Assembly (NCBI GenBank): GCA_965222115.1
Contig: CBDCTJ010000007.1
Location: 2,912,001 to 2,976,000, forward strand
Length of the DNA stretch: 64,000 nucleotides
Direction: 5' to 3'
Origin: Planctomycetota bacterium
GTDB taxonomy: Bacteria > Planctomycetota > PLA2 > JAEUHO01
Shown here: positions 50,821 through 62,684 of the stretch, in pieces
Numbering within the stretch: the first letter of the stretch is position 1
How the letters are laid out: every line of letters starts with the position of its first letter
The notes under the pieces: generated by a model
The model's database searches: none
Seen by the model: only the letters and a program-made list of their open reading frames with translations
Told to the model about the DNA's origin: nothing
Translations under genes and position numbers: made by a program

Positions 50821-53800
50821 CTAGAGACGGCTCTTTTCCAGTTCGATGTTGAGCCCGAGGCCTCGAATCTCATTGCAGAGCACCTCAAAGGAGACCGGCG
50901 TGCCGGCTTCCAAGACGTTTTCGCCCTTGACCATCGATTCGTAAATCTTCATGCGACCGTCCACGTCATCGGACTTGACGGTGAGCAACTCCTGCAAAAT
51001 GTTGGCGGCGCCATACGCTTCGAGCGCCCACACCTCCATCTCGCCAAAGCGCTGACCACCGAAGCGCGCCTTGCCGCCCAGGGGCTGCTGCGTAATGAGG
51101 CTGTAGGGCCCCGTGGCACGCGCGTGGATCTTTTCATCGACCAAGTGGTGCAGCTTGAGCATGTACATGTAGCCCACCGTGACATCCTGATCGAATCGAC
51201 TGCCCGTCCGACCGTCGTAGAGCGTGACCTTGCCGTCGGCCGGCAGCCCTGCTTCCACCAACATGTCTTCGACAGCCTGCTCGGTGGCACCATCAAAGAC
51301 TGCTGTGGCCACGCGTGTGTTGAGCAAGCGCGCTGCGTGGCCGAGGTGGGTTTCCATAATCTGGCCCACGTTCATACGGCTGGGAACACCCAACGGATTG
51401 AGGCAAATTTCAACCGGCGTCCCATCGGCTAAGAACGGCATATCTTCCATGGGAAGAATGCGGCTAATCACACCCTTGTTCCCGTGGCGACCCGCCATCT
51501 TATCGCCCACCGACAAGTTGCGACGCGTGGCGAGGTACACCTTGACGACCTCAAGAACGCCCGTGGCCAACTCATCGCCACGCGACAAGCGATTCACACG
51601 CTTGTTCTTGACGGCTTCTGCGTCGTCGATCTCACGCAGGCGCTGGCGTGCCTCCGCGTGGAAGGGATCATCCGGTCGCAATCCCGATCCGCGGATGGCC
51701 GTGGTGAGTCGATCACGGAACTCGCGGAGTTCGGCAGGCTTGGTAACGCCTTCGGCCGAAAACTGCTTGCGGGTAACCGGATCGATGAGTTTGCGCCCAA
51801 GACTCTCGCTCATGGATTCGAGCAGCGCATCGAGGCGCGTGACGAAGAGCTTATGGAATTCGGTTTCGATCTCTTTGATCTTCTGCTGATTCTCAAGACG
51901 CTCTTCTTCGCTCACGTTCACCTTACGTGTGAACTTCTTGGTGTTGATGACAATGCCCTCAACACCCGGCGAGACCGTTAGCGAATCGTTGCGCACGTCT
52001 TCACCCGCGCGACCAAAGATGGCATGAAGCAGCTTCTCTTCCGGCGAAAGCTCACTCTTGCTCTTGGGCGCGACCTTCCCCACGAGAATGTCGCCCGGTT
52101 TCACGCGCGTGCCCACGCGGACAATCCCCTCGTCGTCGAGATTGCGCAGCGCGCGCTCCGACACATTGGGAATGTCGTTGGTGAATTCTTCGCGGCCCAA
52201 CTTGGTTTCGCGAATCTCGATCTCATACATGTCGATGTGAATCGATGTGTAGGCGTCGTCGCGGACCAGCGCTTCACTGACGAGAATGGCATCCTCAAAG
52301 TTGTAGCCATCCCACGGCATGAACGCCACGAGGATGTTGCGACCGAGCGCGAGTTCACCCTTATGCGTTGCGGCGCCATCGGCAATGATCTGACCGGCTT
52401 TGACGGTGTCACCAACGTTCACGAGTGGCTTTTGGTTTTGGCAGGTGCGCTCATTGAGTCCTACGAACTTGCGGAATGTATAGGTGCGCGAACCTTCCTT
52501 TTCGTCAACCACGATCTTGAGTGCGTCTACGTAAGACACCGCGCCATCGCCTTTGGCGACCACCACCATGCTGGAGTTGGCCGCGACGATCGTTTCCATC
52601 CCCGTACCGACGATGGGCGGGTCGGTCCTGAGGAGCGGAACGGCCTGGCGCTGCATGTTGCTTCCCATGAGCGCGCGGTTTGCATCGTCGTGCTCAAGGA
52701 AGGGAATCAACGACGCCGAAACGCCCACCAGCTGCATGGGACTCACGTCCATGTAGGCCACATCCTTGGCCTTCACGATGAGGAAGTCGTCGTTGTAGCG
52801 ACCAAGAATATTGGTCTCGGCGATCTTGCCGCTGTCTTCGACCGGCGTGTCGGCCGGAGCCATGATCTGATCGAGCTCTTGATCGGCGCGTAGGAACACA
52901 ATCTCCTTGGTAACAACACCGTTCTTCACAACCTGGTAGGGCGTGATCAAGAACCCGTACTCATCCACGCCGCTGTAAATCGCTAGCGATGAGATAAGAC
53001 CGATATTCGTGCCTTCGGGCGTTTCAATCGGGCAAATGCGACCGTAGTGGCTGATATGCACGTCGCGCACTTCGAAGCCAGCGCGCTTACGGTTGAGACC
53101 ACCTGGCCCAAGCGCCGAGAGACCCCGCTCGTGCTTGAGCTGCGAAAGTGGGTTGGTTTGGTCAACCACCTGACTCAACTCGCCGCGACCAAAGAAGTAG
53201 TCGATGGCCGAGGAAATGGTCTTGGAGTTGATCACCGAACGCGGCGTGATGGAATCGGAGTCCTCAATGTTCATGCGCTCCTGCGCCGTGCGACGCAGCT
53301 TGAGGAATCCTTTACGCATCTCGTCGGCGGCGAGTTCGGCGATGGTGCGAATACGACGGTTACCGAGGTGATCGATATCGTCCACTTCACCTTGGCCGGC
53401 CCGCAACTTCATGAGGTAGCGAACCGCCTGCACGAGGTCGTCCTTGTGAAGCGTCTGCTGATTCTCGGGCACCGAGGTGTTGAACTTTCGATTGAGGCGG
53501 AAGCGCCCGACCTTGCCAAGGCGGTAACGGCCAGCGTCGAAGAACTTCTCACGGAAGAGATCTTTGGCTTTCTCAATCTGCGGCGGGTTGCCGGGACGCA
53601 GGCGCCCGTAGATCTTTTGCAACGCTTCTTCGTGGCTCTCGGTGGTGTCTTCAAGCAGTGTGTTGAGCACCAACGCGTCGTCGAGATCGGCGACGGTCTC
53701 CACCGACTCGAGTCCCGACTTCTTGAGACGTTCCGCGGCCTCTTCGCTGACCGGCTCAAGCGCTTCCACAATGATCTCGCCGGTGTCCGGATCGGCCTGC

Positions 53801-54612
53801 TGCTCGAGCACGTGGCGACCAATGATGTTCTTCTTGAAGGTGCGAGACTTCACCGAGAGCGATTTGGTCTTGTAGAACAGTCGCACGATATCGGCGTCGG
53901 TGCTGAACTCTTCGCTCACCGCACGCAACAAGGCCGTAGCCGGGAATTTACCCGACTGGTCAATGCGTACGGCCAAGACTTCCTTCTTGGTCACATTGAG
54001 TTCAATCCACGAGCCGCGCTCGGGAATCAGCCAGCAACTGTGAAGCTTTCGTTCCGAACCGTGCGTCTGTACAGAGAAGTCGACGCCCGGCGAGCGGTGC
54101 AACTGCGTGACAATGACACGCTCGGTGCCATTGATGAGGAACTCACCCCCTCCGATCATGATGGGGATCTCGCCGAGGTAGACATCTTCCTCGACGGGCG
54201 ACTCCTTCTGTAGCCGCACGCGGATCTTGAACGGACGTCCGTAGGTGAGCTTGAGCTCGCGGCACTCGTCCTGCGTGTAGCGCGGACTACCGAGTTCGTA
54301 GCCGAGGTACTGAAGTTCCATCGTGCCGTCGTAGGACGGAATGGGAAAGATCTCGCTCAGCACGCCATGAAGACCGCTGTGGACACGGTGCTCGGGCGTG
54401 ATGTCTTCCTGGAGGAATGACGAAAACGCATTCGTCTGAAGATGCACAAGGTTGGGCACGGGTTGTGACCGGCGCCCGCCGAACCGACGCTGTTCGAGAT
54501 CGCCGATGGGCGTGCCAATCACCTCGGCAAGCGTATTGTGACCCGCACTGCCCGAGAGACTGCCATTGCCATTGCTGCCGCCTTTGCTATTGCCATTCGT
54601 GTTGCTTGCCAC
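50821..54612 (-). CDS. rpoB: RNA polymerase beta subunit
   Basis: [30 protein letters not shown]. Confidence 0.99.
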   Translation of the reverse strand: MASNTNGNSKGGSNGNGSLSGSAGHNTLAEVIGTPIGDLEQRRFGGRRSQPVPNLVHLQTNAFSSFLQEDITPEHRVHSGLHGVLSEIFPIPSYDGTMELQYLGYELGSPRYTQDECRELKLTYGRPFKIRVRLQKESPVEEDVYLGEIPIMIGGGEFLINGTERVIVTQLHRSPGVDFSVQTHGSERKLHSCWLIPERGSWIELNVTKKEVLAVRIDQSGKFPATALLRAVSEEFSTDADIVRLFYKTKSLSVKSRTFKKNIIGRHVLEQQADPDTGEIIVEALEPVSEEAAERLKKSGLESVETVADLDDALVLNTLLEDTTESHEEALQKIYGRLRPGNPPQIEKAKDLFREKFFDAGRYRLGKVGRFRLNRKFNTSVPENQQTLHKDDLVQAVRYLMKLRAGQGEVDDIDHLGNRRIRTIAELAADEMRKGFLKLRRTAQERMNIEDSDSITPRSVINSKTISSAIDYFFGRGELSQVVDQTNPLSQLKHERGLSALGPGGLNRKRAGFEVRDVHISHYGRICPIETPEGTNIGLISSLAIYSGVDEYGFLITPYQVVKNGVVTKEIVFLRADQELDQIMAPADTPVEDSGKIAETNILGRYNDDFLIVKAKDVAYMDVSPMQLVGVSASLIPFLEHDDANRALMGSNMQRQAVPLLRTDPPIVGTGMETIVAANSSMVVVAKGDGAVSYVDALKIVVDEKEGSRTYTFRKFVGLNERTCQNQKPLVNVGDTVKAGQIIADGAATHKGELALGRNILVAFMPWDGYNFEDAILVSEALVRDDAYTSIHIDMYEIEIRETKLGREEFTNDIPNVSERALRNLDDEGIVRVGTRVKPGDILVGKVAPKSKSELSPEEKLLHAIFGRAGEDVRNDSLTVSPGVEGIVINTKKFTRKVNVSEEERLENQQKIKEIETEFHKLFVTRLDALLESMSESLGRKLIDPVTRKQFSAEGVTKPAELREFRDRLTTAIRGSGLRPDDPFHAEARQRLREIDDAEAVKNKRVNRLSRGDELATGVLEVVKVYLATRRNLSVGDKMAGRHGNKGVISRILPMEDMPFLADGTPVEICLNPLGVPSRMNVGQIMETHLGHAARLLNTRVATAVFDGATEQAVEDMLVEAGLPADGKVTLYDGRTGSRFDQDVTVGYMYMLKLHHLVDEKIHARATGPYSLITQQPLGGKARFGGQRFGEMEVWALEAYGAANILQELLTVKSDDVDGRMKIYESMVKGENVLEAGTPVSFEVLCNEIRGLGLNIELEKSRL

Positions 54613-55164
54613 GATTCACTGCCTCCTTGCACACACACGCGGAGACCTGGGCAACACGAACTAAGGTCAAGAGCACGCAGCCTGTTACACACAGCGTGGA
54701 TGTCACGCACTCTGTGGGCGCGACGTGCTGCCAAAACGTGTGTCCAAGGCGCATTTCTTGGCGAAGTACAACCACAAGGTGGTTGCGCTCACGTGAGAAA
54801 TGGTTGCGGCTCATAACCAGTTAATTCGCGCTTTGGTTCCCAAGGGTTTCCAAACGCGTACGACTTGCTTTCGAGTCGATTCGTTTCGATTCGAAACACG
54901 TGATAAGAAATGTGCACGTACACAACACATTGCGTGCGATTGGTATCGCGTGCAAATGGAGTCGTGTGCAAATGCAACCATCTCATCGCGGCCGCAACCC
55001 TGCAGCACCCAATCTGGAGGTTCCCTCGGCCAGAGGAACGCGCTGGCGGGTGAGTGCAGAGATATTCCTGGGCGCGTCCATGACGGACGCCACCCAGCAT
55101 CAGCATAGGCGGGCCTCTGAGGCCCGCCCGCCGAAAAATTTATTCATTGACCCCAAGGATCGAG

Positions 55165-55572
55165 CTACTTGACCTCAACCTCAGCGCCGGCTTCTTCCAG
55201 CTGCTTCTTGAGGGTCTCGGCGTCGTCCTTGGACACGCCTTCTTTGACGGCCTTGGGTGCGCCGTCCACCATCGCCTTGGCTTCTTTGAGACCAAGTCCG
55301 GTGATAGCGCGGACGGCCTTGATCACCTGGATCTTCTGCTGGCCAGCGCTCTTCAAGATGACATCGAATGCCGTCTGCTCGGCTTCCGCATCGCCACCGC
55401 CGCCAGCAGCGGGCGCCGCCATGACTGCGGCGGGTGCCGAAGCCGACACACCCCAACGACCTTCCATGGCCTTGACCAATTTGGCGGCCTTGGCAATCGT
55501 CAGCGAGTCGAGAGAAGTGAAAATGGCCTCGAGGTCGCTGTCGAGCTCGATGGTTTCCTGTTCGTCGGACAT
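55165..55572 (-). CDS. rplL: 50S ribosomal protein L7/L12
   Basis: [29 protein letters not shown]; AGGAG RBS. Confidence 0.97.
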   Translation of the reverse strand: MSDEQETIELDSDLEAIFTSLDSLTIAKAAKLVKAMEGRWGVSASAPAAVMAAPAAGGGGDAEAEQTAFDVILKSAGQQKIQVIKAVRAITGLGLKEAKAMVDGAPKAVKEGVSKDDAETLKKQLEEAGAEVEVK

Positions 55573-55688
55573 GATTCCAACTCCTGAAATACGAAACTTG
55601 GTGCGCAAGGCGACGAAACGGCGCCCGACGCGAAACGAAAACTGTAAATGCCTTTGATTCTTGGACTGCGCGTGGGATTGCGCGGAGC

Positions 55689-56276
55689 CTATTCCGCGGC
55701 GACCGGCTCCCCGGCCTCGCCTTCTCCGTCCTCCGAAGACTTATCGATTCTTGCCTGCAGACAACGCGCGAGACCGCCATAGACGCCGCTAAGGCACGTG
55801 GCAATGCCGCGCGGACTGCCAATGATGGCGCTCAGCAACATGCCCTTGAGCTCAGTGAGCCCCGGCATGTCGGCCAGGGTGGCCGCGTCGGACGCGTCCA
55901 TCAACTCGCCATCCGCCACAGCGCCTTTCAGCGTGAGCGGCTTGAACTTCTTTCGCCAATCGCGGACGATCTTGGCGCACGGAATCGGACCGTCGCCGCC
56001 ATAGACCACGGCTGTGGGCCCCTTCAACATGGCCTCAAGATCTTCAACCGTGTCGGCGTCTTCGAAATAGCGACGCTTGAGGGCCAACTTGGCGGTGCGA
56101 TTGTGAATCACACGAAGTTTGGCGCCCCCCGCCTTTTCGCGCAGGTCCTTGCGAAACTCTTGGACGTTCTCGACCGTCATGGGACCGGGATCCAAAACCA
56201 ACAGCCCGGCGTCGGCATCGACCAACGCCGATTCCAACTGGGTGGCAAGGAGCCGCTTAAGTTCTTTTGCCATCAC
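55689..56276 (-). CDS. rplJ: 50S ribosomal protein L10
   Basis: Position between rplA and rplL; [20 protein letters not shown]. Confidence 0.92.
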   Translation of the reverse strand: MMAKELKRLLATQLESALVDADAGLLVLDPGPMTVENVQEFRKDLREKAGGAKLRVIHNRTAKLALKRRYFEDADTVEDLEAMLKGPTAVVYGGDGPIPCAKIVRDWRKKFKPLTLKGAVADGELMDASDAATLADMPGLTELKGMLLSAIIGSPRGIATCLSGVYGGLARCLQARIDKSSEDGEGEAGEPVAAE

Positions 56277-56287
56277 GGACTCCTTTC

Positions 56288-56977
56288 TTAGTTGAGGTCC
56301 AACCGAAGGCCAGGGGTCATCGACGCGGAGATTGCTACCCGCTTGATGTAGGTGCCCTTCACCGCCGCGGGCTTCATGTTTTTGATGAACTCGAAGAAGT
56401 GGCGAATGTTGGCTTCCAGATCTTCACGAGAAAAACTGCGCTTGCCGACCGGTACGTGCACATTGCCCGTCTTGTCCGCCTTGAACTCAACCTTACCCGC
56501 TTTGAACTCGGTGACGGCCTCGGCAACACGTGGTGTGACCGTACCCGACTTGGGGCTGGGCATCTTGCCTTGCGGTCCAAGAACGCGGCCGAGCTTGCCC
56601 ACGACACGCATCATGCTCGGATGCGCAATACACACATCGAAGTCCATCCAGCCTTCTTGGATGCGGCTCGCGAGGTCTTCGCCACCCACTTCATCCGCGC
56701 CCGCTTCGGTAGCGGCCTCCGCGTGCTCACCCTCCGCGAATACAATCACGGTGCGCGTCTTTCCAATGCCCTTGGGCAAGGAGACGCTGCCCCGCACTTG
56801 TTGATCGGCCTTGGTGGTATCAATGCCAAGACGCATCGCCATCTCGACGGTCTCGTCGAATTTGGCCTTGGGAAACTTGCCCAGCATCTCGAGCGCGTCG
56901 GACACGGTATAGCTCTTAAGCTTCTCGTAGCCCGGCGTGCCGGTGGCAGCCCGGTAGCGTTTCGTGGTTCGTGCCAT
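56288..56977 (-). CDS. rplA: 50S ribosomal protein L1
   Basis: KFDETVE, LGRVLGPQGKMPSPKSGTVT. Confidence 0.98.
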   Translation of the reverse strand: MARTTKRYRAATGTPGYEKLKSYTVSDALEMLGKFPKAKFDETVEMAMRLGIDTTKADQQVRGSVSLPKGIGKTRTVIVFAEGEHAEAATEAGADEVGGEDLASRIQEGWMDFDVCIAHPSMMRVVGKLGRVLGPQGKMPSPKSGTVTPRVAEAVTEFKAGKVEFKADKTGNVHVPVGKRSFSREDLEANIRHFFEFIKNMKPAAVKGTYIKRVAISASMTPGLRLDLN

Positions 56978-57222
56978 CCGCGAATCTCCCTCTCCCGTCC
57001 TGTCGCGCGGTCGCCAGAGCGGTGCGAGTTATCGTGTGTCGTCCCGTCTCCGGAACGATCGAAGCGGCAGATGGTGCCTCAACCGCGGGCGGGAGACGAC
57101 AAATTCTTGAGGGCCCTCGCCCCTCCGGGTCGCAAAGGGCGACGGTATCGTGGGTGGTCCTGCATCTCCAAAGGAGCGCGGCGATCCAATCCACCTCGAA
57201 TCCAAAGCTGACCGCAGAGCGG

Positions 57223-58953
57223 GTGAGATACCTGGCGTCGCTCGTGGCGCTCCCCCTTGCGATTTTTCTGACAGGGCTGCCGCTTGGGGGCCCCGCCCTC
57301 GCCAAGGAGGACGACACGCTAACAGTTCGAGACCGCCTTGAGTTGTTCATGGATGCGTGCGCGGTCCATGGATTCGAGGGCGCCGTGATCGTCGTGCGCA
57401 ATGACGAGATCTTGTTGCGCTCGGGCTATGGATTCGCGTCGCGGGCGGAGGGAGTCGCCAATCGCCCGGACACGCTGTTCGATGCCGGTTCGGTCGCCAA
57501 GCAGTTCACCGCGGCCGCGGTGTTGCGCCTCAAGGAGCAAGGCGTCATCAAGCTGAGCGACCCGGTGGCCGAGCACCTCCCCACGCTCGGCGATCGCTGG
57601 AAGCCTGTCACGATTCACCAACTCCTCGCGCACGCGTCCGGGATTCCACGCGACGTCCATCCCGGCCTTGTTCGCGATCCAAGTCGAGCAGGATTTCTTC
57701 GCGCGGCAAAGCAGTTGGGTCCACACGCCACCGCCAACGACAAGGCGAGCTACAGCAATCTTGGCTACTCCGTTCTTGCAGCACTCATTGAAGTGGTGTC
57801 AAAGAAGTCATTCGAACACTATGTCCGCGAGCAAGTCTTTCACCGCGCGGGCATGACAAGAACACACTTTCCCCGTGAACGTAAAGCCACCCCGCGATGT
57901 GCGCGCGGTCTTGAGAAGGGCGTTGAACGCCTCCCGGCAAATCGAGAACGGTTTCCCTGGCGTTTCAAAGGCAGCGTGGGTGTGCTCACGACCGTCGAGG
58001 AACTGCGTGCATGGGATCGCGCGCTCCGAGCCGGTCAAGTGCTGAGCGTGGAATCACTCGCCGCCATGAACACACCGCATGCGGGACGTTTCGGCTATGG
58101 CGTACTCGTCCGCAAGCTCTCGCAACATAAACAGCACATTTCGCACTCCGGCGCGACCATGGGATTCGAGTCGGGGCTTCGCCGAATTCCACAAGACGGC
58201 CTGCTTGTCGCCGTACTCGCGAATCGGCGTGGCATTGGCTACATTGCGCGCGGGCTGGAACTCATTGCCCGCGAACAACCCGTTGTTATGCCCCCCGATG
58301 CTGTGCAACTGAATGCATCAACAAGCAATGCATGGCGCGGCGAGTACCAGAGCAAAAATCGCGCGATGATCCGCGTGGACCCCAGCGAACGAGGATTGAT
58401 TGTGACGCCACGATCGCAATCCGCACTCGCGCAGCTGTTCGGCCACACGTCGGGAGCGCGTCGCCCGGGCCGTTGGGGACGCTCGCACTGGAGTGGCTGG
58501 ACGTGGCGCAACGAACGGCTCACCAATCTCCTCAATGCGCTTGGCGAGGATGCAGTAGATGACGCCCTGGCATACGGGATGCCCAAAGCATTCTGCAAGG
58601 GGTGGGCGCTAGCGCGCGCCAAAGTAGGCGCACTCGAATCGTGGAGACATATTGGCAACGTAAGTACGCAAGTGATGCAGTACTCACTATTCGAACTTAC
58701 ATTTCAGCGGCGCCGGCGCTTGCTTGTCGCGCGCTGGGGCGGGCCCCATGTCGATGAGATGTCACTCTACCCCGTAGGCACAGTGTTTAGCAAACGCTTC
58801 GTGCATGTAGGAAAGAACCAATACGTCGCGTTTGACTTCGAGACATGGAAGGCCAAACCGCTCACCATCGCCGATGCGATCCTGCAACTACCCAATGGAA
58901 CGCGCTTTGAGCGCGTGGCGTCAAGCGAAGCACGAAACACGTCAGAGAAATGA
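57223..58953 (+). CDS. Exported serine hydrolase, beta-lactamase/AmpC-like family, with C-terminal extension
   Basis: SxxK (GSVAKQF), LLAHASG, YSNLGY and HSG motifs; signal peptide. Confidence 0.88.
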   Translation: MRYLASLVALPLAIFLTGLPLGGPALAKEDDTLTVRDRLELFMDACAVHGFEGAVIVVRNDEILLRSGYGFASRAEGVANRPDTLFDAGSVAKQFTAAAVLRLKEQGVIKLSDPVAEHLPTLGDRWKPVTIHQLLAHASGIPRDVHPGLVRDPSRAGFLRAAKQLGPHATANDKASYSNLGYSVLAALIEVVSKKSFEHYVREQVFHRAGMTRTHFPRERKATPRCARGLEKGVERLPANRERFPWRFKGSVGVLTTVEELRAWDRALRAGQVLSVESLAAMNTPHAGRFGYGVLVRKLSQHKQHISHSGATMGFESGLRRIPQDGLLVAVLANRRGIGYIARGLELIAREQPVVMPPDAVQLNASTSNAWRGEYQSKNRAMIRVDPSERGLIVTPRSQSALAQLFGHTSGARRPGRWGRSHWSGWTWRNERLTNLLNALGEDAVDDALAYGMPKAFCKGWALARAKVGALESWRHIGNVSTQVMQYSLFELTFQRRRRLLVARWGGPHVDEMSLYPVGTVFSKRFVHVGKNQYVAFDFETWKAKPLTIADAILQLPNGTRFERVASSEARNTSEK

Positions 58954-59579
58954 AACGCGCCTGCACCTACATTGTTTCCTTGATCACTGTAGGATGCATA
59001 ACGGCCTGTTCCTATGCACTACCGCCACCGTATCCCGGCCCGTTTGTTGCCAAGAAACAAAGCGACCGATGGGAGCGTGCAATCGAGAGGCATGCACAGC
59101 ACGGCGATTGGATCCTCATGCGCGGCTATACGCCGTTTCATACACTAGTCAGCGCCGCGGGAAATACGCCATGGTCCCATGTGGGGATCTACGACGCACA
59201 CGCACGATGCATAATCGATGCTGCGCCACTTGGCGTGCGCACCAAGCCGCTTCACACCTACCTGTGGCGAATGCACCACATGCAGGTTGTACGTCCTCAT
59301 CAGCAGTCACCGCAGCGCGCGGCAGCCGCTGTTCAATTCGCGCGATCACGCGTGGGCAGAGGATACGACATTGGTATTGCCGTTGGCAGGCCACACCCTG
59401 AACGATGGACCTGTGTGGAACTCATGCTGGATGCGTACTCGATTCGCGTTCATTCACAACCGGATCGACGCGCGCTGTTTCCCCACGTGTTGCATCGCTT
59501 CGGTTCGGTGGTCTATGACACGGGGCCACGTGTGAGAGCGCCCGCGTGCCGCCCTCGCTGTCGTTCATCCCCAAAGTAG
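58950..59579 (+). CDS. YiiX/YebB-like permuted NlpC/P60 papain-like amidase, probable lipoprotein
   Basis: GDWILMRG, WSHVGI, GRGYD..WTCVEL; lipobox-like N-terminus. Confidence 0.8.
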   Translation: MKRACTYIVSLITVGCITACSYALPPPYPGPFVAKKQSDRWERAIERHAQHGDWILMRGYTPFHTLVSAAGNTPWSHVGIYDAHARCIIDAAPLGVRTKPLHTYLWRMHHMQVVRPHQQSPQRAAAAVQFARSRVGRGYDIGIAVGRPHPERWTCVELMLDAYSIRVHSQPDRRALFPHVLHRFGSVVYDTGPRVRAPACRPRCRSSPK

Positions 59580-62500
59580 AAACGCAGCCCAGCAGGCGGG
59601 GCTTGCGTCAACATCCTTCGCGGCGATGGCCTCCAACTTGGCGGCGCGCAGGGCGTCCATGGGCGAAAGGCCTCGGCCCAGATGGGCGTCGTAGAAGCGC
59701 TCAAAGAAACGCGCGGTCGCCTTGTCTTCAACGCGCCACGCACTCGCGATGACACGACGCGCACCCGACCAAAGAAACGCGCGGCTAAGTCCCAGCAGGC
59801 CTTCGCCCCACGTAGGAACGCCACGCGCCGAGTTGCACGCCGAAAGCACAACCAGATCCGCATCCACCTTGGTGGTAGCGATAGCACTTGCACTCCACAC
59901 CGCATCATCGGCAAGCACCAGTCCCGACGCATCGGCGCGCTTGGCATTGAGTACGCCGTGGCATGCGAAGTGGGCCACACGCCATGGACGTGTGGCCTCC
60001 GCGTAGTCATTCGCTACGCGCGTCACTGTGGTTTCATCGCGGGTCAATACAGTTGTCGATTCGTCCTCGAAGTACTGCCTGATGTTTGCCACTTCGCTTT
60101 CGCTTGCGGGTAGCTCGGGAAACGTACCCGTCGATGGCGGATTGGCTACAGCGAAGAAGCCCTCACCGCGAGAGGCGCTCGTCCGTAGCGTCATGGCAGC
60201 GGTAACACTCGGAACGAATGACACGGCGTAAGACGAGAGTACTCGTTGACCATCAGCACGTATAAGGGCTTCGAAAGGTAGCGTTGCGAGAGATCCATCC
60301 GGCGAAATCAGCAAATGCGTCTTGCCTTTCAATGTCACTTCGAGTGGCTTAACCAGTCGCGTGTAAAGCTGAGTCGCAAGAGAGTCAGACTTTGCACCCG
60401 GCGTTGAGAGTCGACGACGATACGCCATAACGAGGTCAATGAGGCCATCGTTAGAGTCCAATCGGTGAAACGTTACGGATTCGCTGTCAATGATCATGAC
60501 CGAAATCGCGTCGGCAAAGGAGGTGTCATAGGCAACATACGCTGTGTGCTTATCCAGCGTGGTTTGAAACACGCTCAGTTCCGCGGGGCGAATACGCGAC
60601 ACCATGGCGCTGCGCCGTGAATGCTTGGCAATGGCCGATACGACGACGTTGCGCGCGGTCCATGCCGCCTCAAGATCCGAGGCAGCACCGGCTGCTTCGT
60701 CGCCGCCTCGCCTCAACCGCCGAAGCGAAACTACGCGACGTTGGGCACGTCGGAGTCGGGCACGACTCTCGCGATCCGCCTTGGCAAGCTCGTCGGGCAA
60801 TCGAACATGTGCCTTGAGTGTGTGCAGGGCCTGCGTGAGTTGCGTTGCGCGCCCAACTTCAAAGAGCCAATATCCATCCGCTTTGATCTGGGCAACATCG
60901 TCGCCTTTGGCACCGCGCAAAAGTGCATGCACGGCCTCGAGGCCCAATCGTGCAAGCCGCGATGTACGCCATTGGCGGTTCATCGCTGTGCCGGGCGGTA
61001 ATCCTTCGTAGCTTTCGATTTGAAACGTGGCGGCGGACTTTGCGGCTTCGAGACCCTCGCGAAACAACCCACTGGCAATGGCCGCCTGGGTAAACATTTC
61101 ATCGATGACACCAATCGAACCCTCAATCTCGGCAGGTTCATCGCGAAGGGCGCGCAACTGAGCAAGGGCCTCTTTCGGCTTTCCGCGGTGAACATCGAGC
61201 CCCGCACGGACAATACGTGCCGAGCGCAAATACGTCTTGGAGGGAAGGGGACGAAAACTCTCCATGGCTCGGTCATAGTGCGCTTCCGCAAGATCCCAGC
61301 GCTCTTGAATCTCTGCCAACTGACCGAGATGAATCAGACTCCGACCACGCAACTCGGTGACGTCGTCCGGCTTGAGCAACGCAAGGGCCTTGTTTGCCGC
61401 CGCCTCCGCTTGATCCATTTCCTTGAGATTGAAGTGAATTTGGGCGAGCTGTAGCTGCGTTTCCGCCACCTTCAACCGCCAGGCCTGCGATTCGGCAAGC
61501 GACTTCATCGCAAGCACAACGTCCTTCGCGCGCGCGTTCTCGCGCAGCACGCCGAGTAGCGTGGCCTGAAGAGAGAGAAGGTTGAAGCGCGTCTTCGGGT
61601 TGGGCTTTTTCAACTTGAGTGCAAGCGCTTTCTCAATGGACTCCATCGCCGGAGCGAACCGATTCATTGCAAAGCACACTTGCGCTCGCCGGTGGAGGCC
61701 CGATTGCAACTGCGCTACATGACCCCTCTTCGTCGCGTAGGCAATGTGCTCGTCTGCGACCCGTAGCTCGGGATCGTTTCCAGGCAGATCGCTTTCGAGG
61801 TTCCAGCGAAGTGTGAGCACGTTGTACATCTTGTGCGGATCACGCGCCTTGAGGGCCGCGGTGTAGGCACGATCCAATACCGCGGGAACGTCTTCGTACT
61901 GGCCGAGTTTGATTCGACGGCTCGCGATGTTCGATCCAATGCGCGCGATGGTATCGGCATCACCGCTCGCCAACACCGCATCCCACGCACGCTGCTCATC
62001 GACTCGTATGCCACCAATATCTTGGAGTTGCTGACTGTATGTCGCCGCGACCCGATACGCACGTGCAGCTTGAAGGAACCACGCATGGTCCATGGCCAGC
62101 TTGCCGGCCGCACGATTTATCGCTCGCGCTTCCTTCTGCATCCCAAGACGACCGTAGGCGATGCTTAGCCAGCGGTCATAGCGCCAGCCTAGAAAACTGG
62201 GTGGCAGTTTTGCACGCAGCCCATCGTGCAACTTCGCGACGCGCAACACGGTATGGGGCAGCCCAAGATTGAGGAGTCGTTCAAGTCGATGGCCGACACG
62301 ACACACGCGCAGCTCGACGGCCCACTGCTCTTCCGTCAGCGATGACCAACGCTTGACCTCTCCACGAAGCGCGGCCGAACCGGGCAGGTGCTTCGTATGC
62401 CCGGCGACCTTGTCCAACAACGCCAAGAACCTTGTTCGCTCCTCAGGGTCATCATTCTTTTCGGTCGCGTGGACATGGGCGCCCACAAGTGCAGCGCCTA

Positions 62501-62684
62501 GCTCCAAGACGTCGTGTGAATACGTAGCGAGTGTTGCCATGACTACCGCAGGCTTGCCTGCTTGATGTGCGGCATAGATCGCTTCCGCCGTTGGCGCAAT
62601 GCGTCCACCCGGATTGTCTTCCGCGGCATGCGCCGACAGCACCCCAAACATCAGGCAGCCACACAGGGTGAAGAAGCGACGCAT
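59565..62684 (-). CDS. TPR-repeat and CHAT (caspase-like) domain protein with signal peptide
   Basis: SPDGSLATLPFEAL, HFACHG, LVVLSACNS, WAAF; TPR-like helices. Confidence 0.9.
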   Translation of the reverse strand: MRRFFTLCGCLMFGVLSAHAAEDNPGGRIAPTAEAIYAAHQAGKPAVVMATLATYSHDVLELGAALVGAHVHATEKNDDPEERTRFLALLDKVAGHTKHLPGSAALRGEVKRWSSLTEEQWAVELRVCRVGHRLERLLNLGLPHTVLRVAKLHDGLRAKLPPSFLGWRYDRWLSIAYGRLGMQKEARAINRAAGKLAMDHAWFLQAARAYRVAATYSQQLQDIGGIRVDEQRAWDAVLASGDADTIARIGSNIASRRIKLGQYEDVPAVLDRAYTAALKARDPHKMYNVLTLRWNLESDLPGNDPELRVADEHIAYATKRGHVAQLQSGLHRRAQVCFAMNRFAPAMESIEKALALKLKKPNPKTRFNLLSLQATLLGVLRENARAKDVVLAMKSLAESQAWRLKVAETQLQLAQIHFNLKEMDQAEAAANKALALLKPDDVTELRGRSLIHLGQLAEIQERWDLAEAHYDRAMESFRPLPSKTYLRSARIVRAGLDVHRGKPKEALAQLRALRDEPAEIEGSIGVIDEMFTQAAIASGLFREGLEAAKSAATFQIESYEGLPPGTAMNRQWRTSRLARLGLEAVHALLRGAKGDDVAQIKADGYWLFEVGRATQLTQALHTLKAHVRLPDELAKADRESRARLRRAQRRVVSLRRLRRGGDEAAGAASDLEAAWTARNVVVSAIAKHSRRSAMVSRIRPAELSVFQTTLDKHTAYVAYDTSFADAISVMIIDSESVTFHRLDSNDGLIDLVMAYRRRLSTPGAKSDSLATQLYTRLVKPLEVTLKGKTHLLISPDGSLATLPFEALIRADGQRVLSSYAVSFVPSVTAAMTLRTSASRGEGFFAVANPPSTGTFPELPASESEVANIRQYFEDESTTVLTRDETTVTRVANDYAEATRPWRVAHFACHGVLNAKRADASGLVLADDAVWSASAIATTKVDADLVVLSACNSARGVPTWGEGLLGLSRAFLWSGARRVIASAWRVEDKATARFFERFYDAHLGRGLSPMDALRAAKLEAIAAKDVDASPACWAAFLLWG

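Noticed and set aside
47021-54213. Long plus-strand ORFs opposite rpoB/rpoC (e.g. 47021-47878, 52024-52893, 53047-54213) and opposite ribosomal genes (38991-39896, 56267-57211)
   Set aside because: Antisense shadows expected from biased codon usage in GC-rich, highly expressed genes; no recognisable motifs
56978-57130. Canonical L1-binding mRNA site upstream of rplA
   Set aside because: GGGAG is present, but I could not identify the partner strand of the L1 motif by eye
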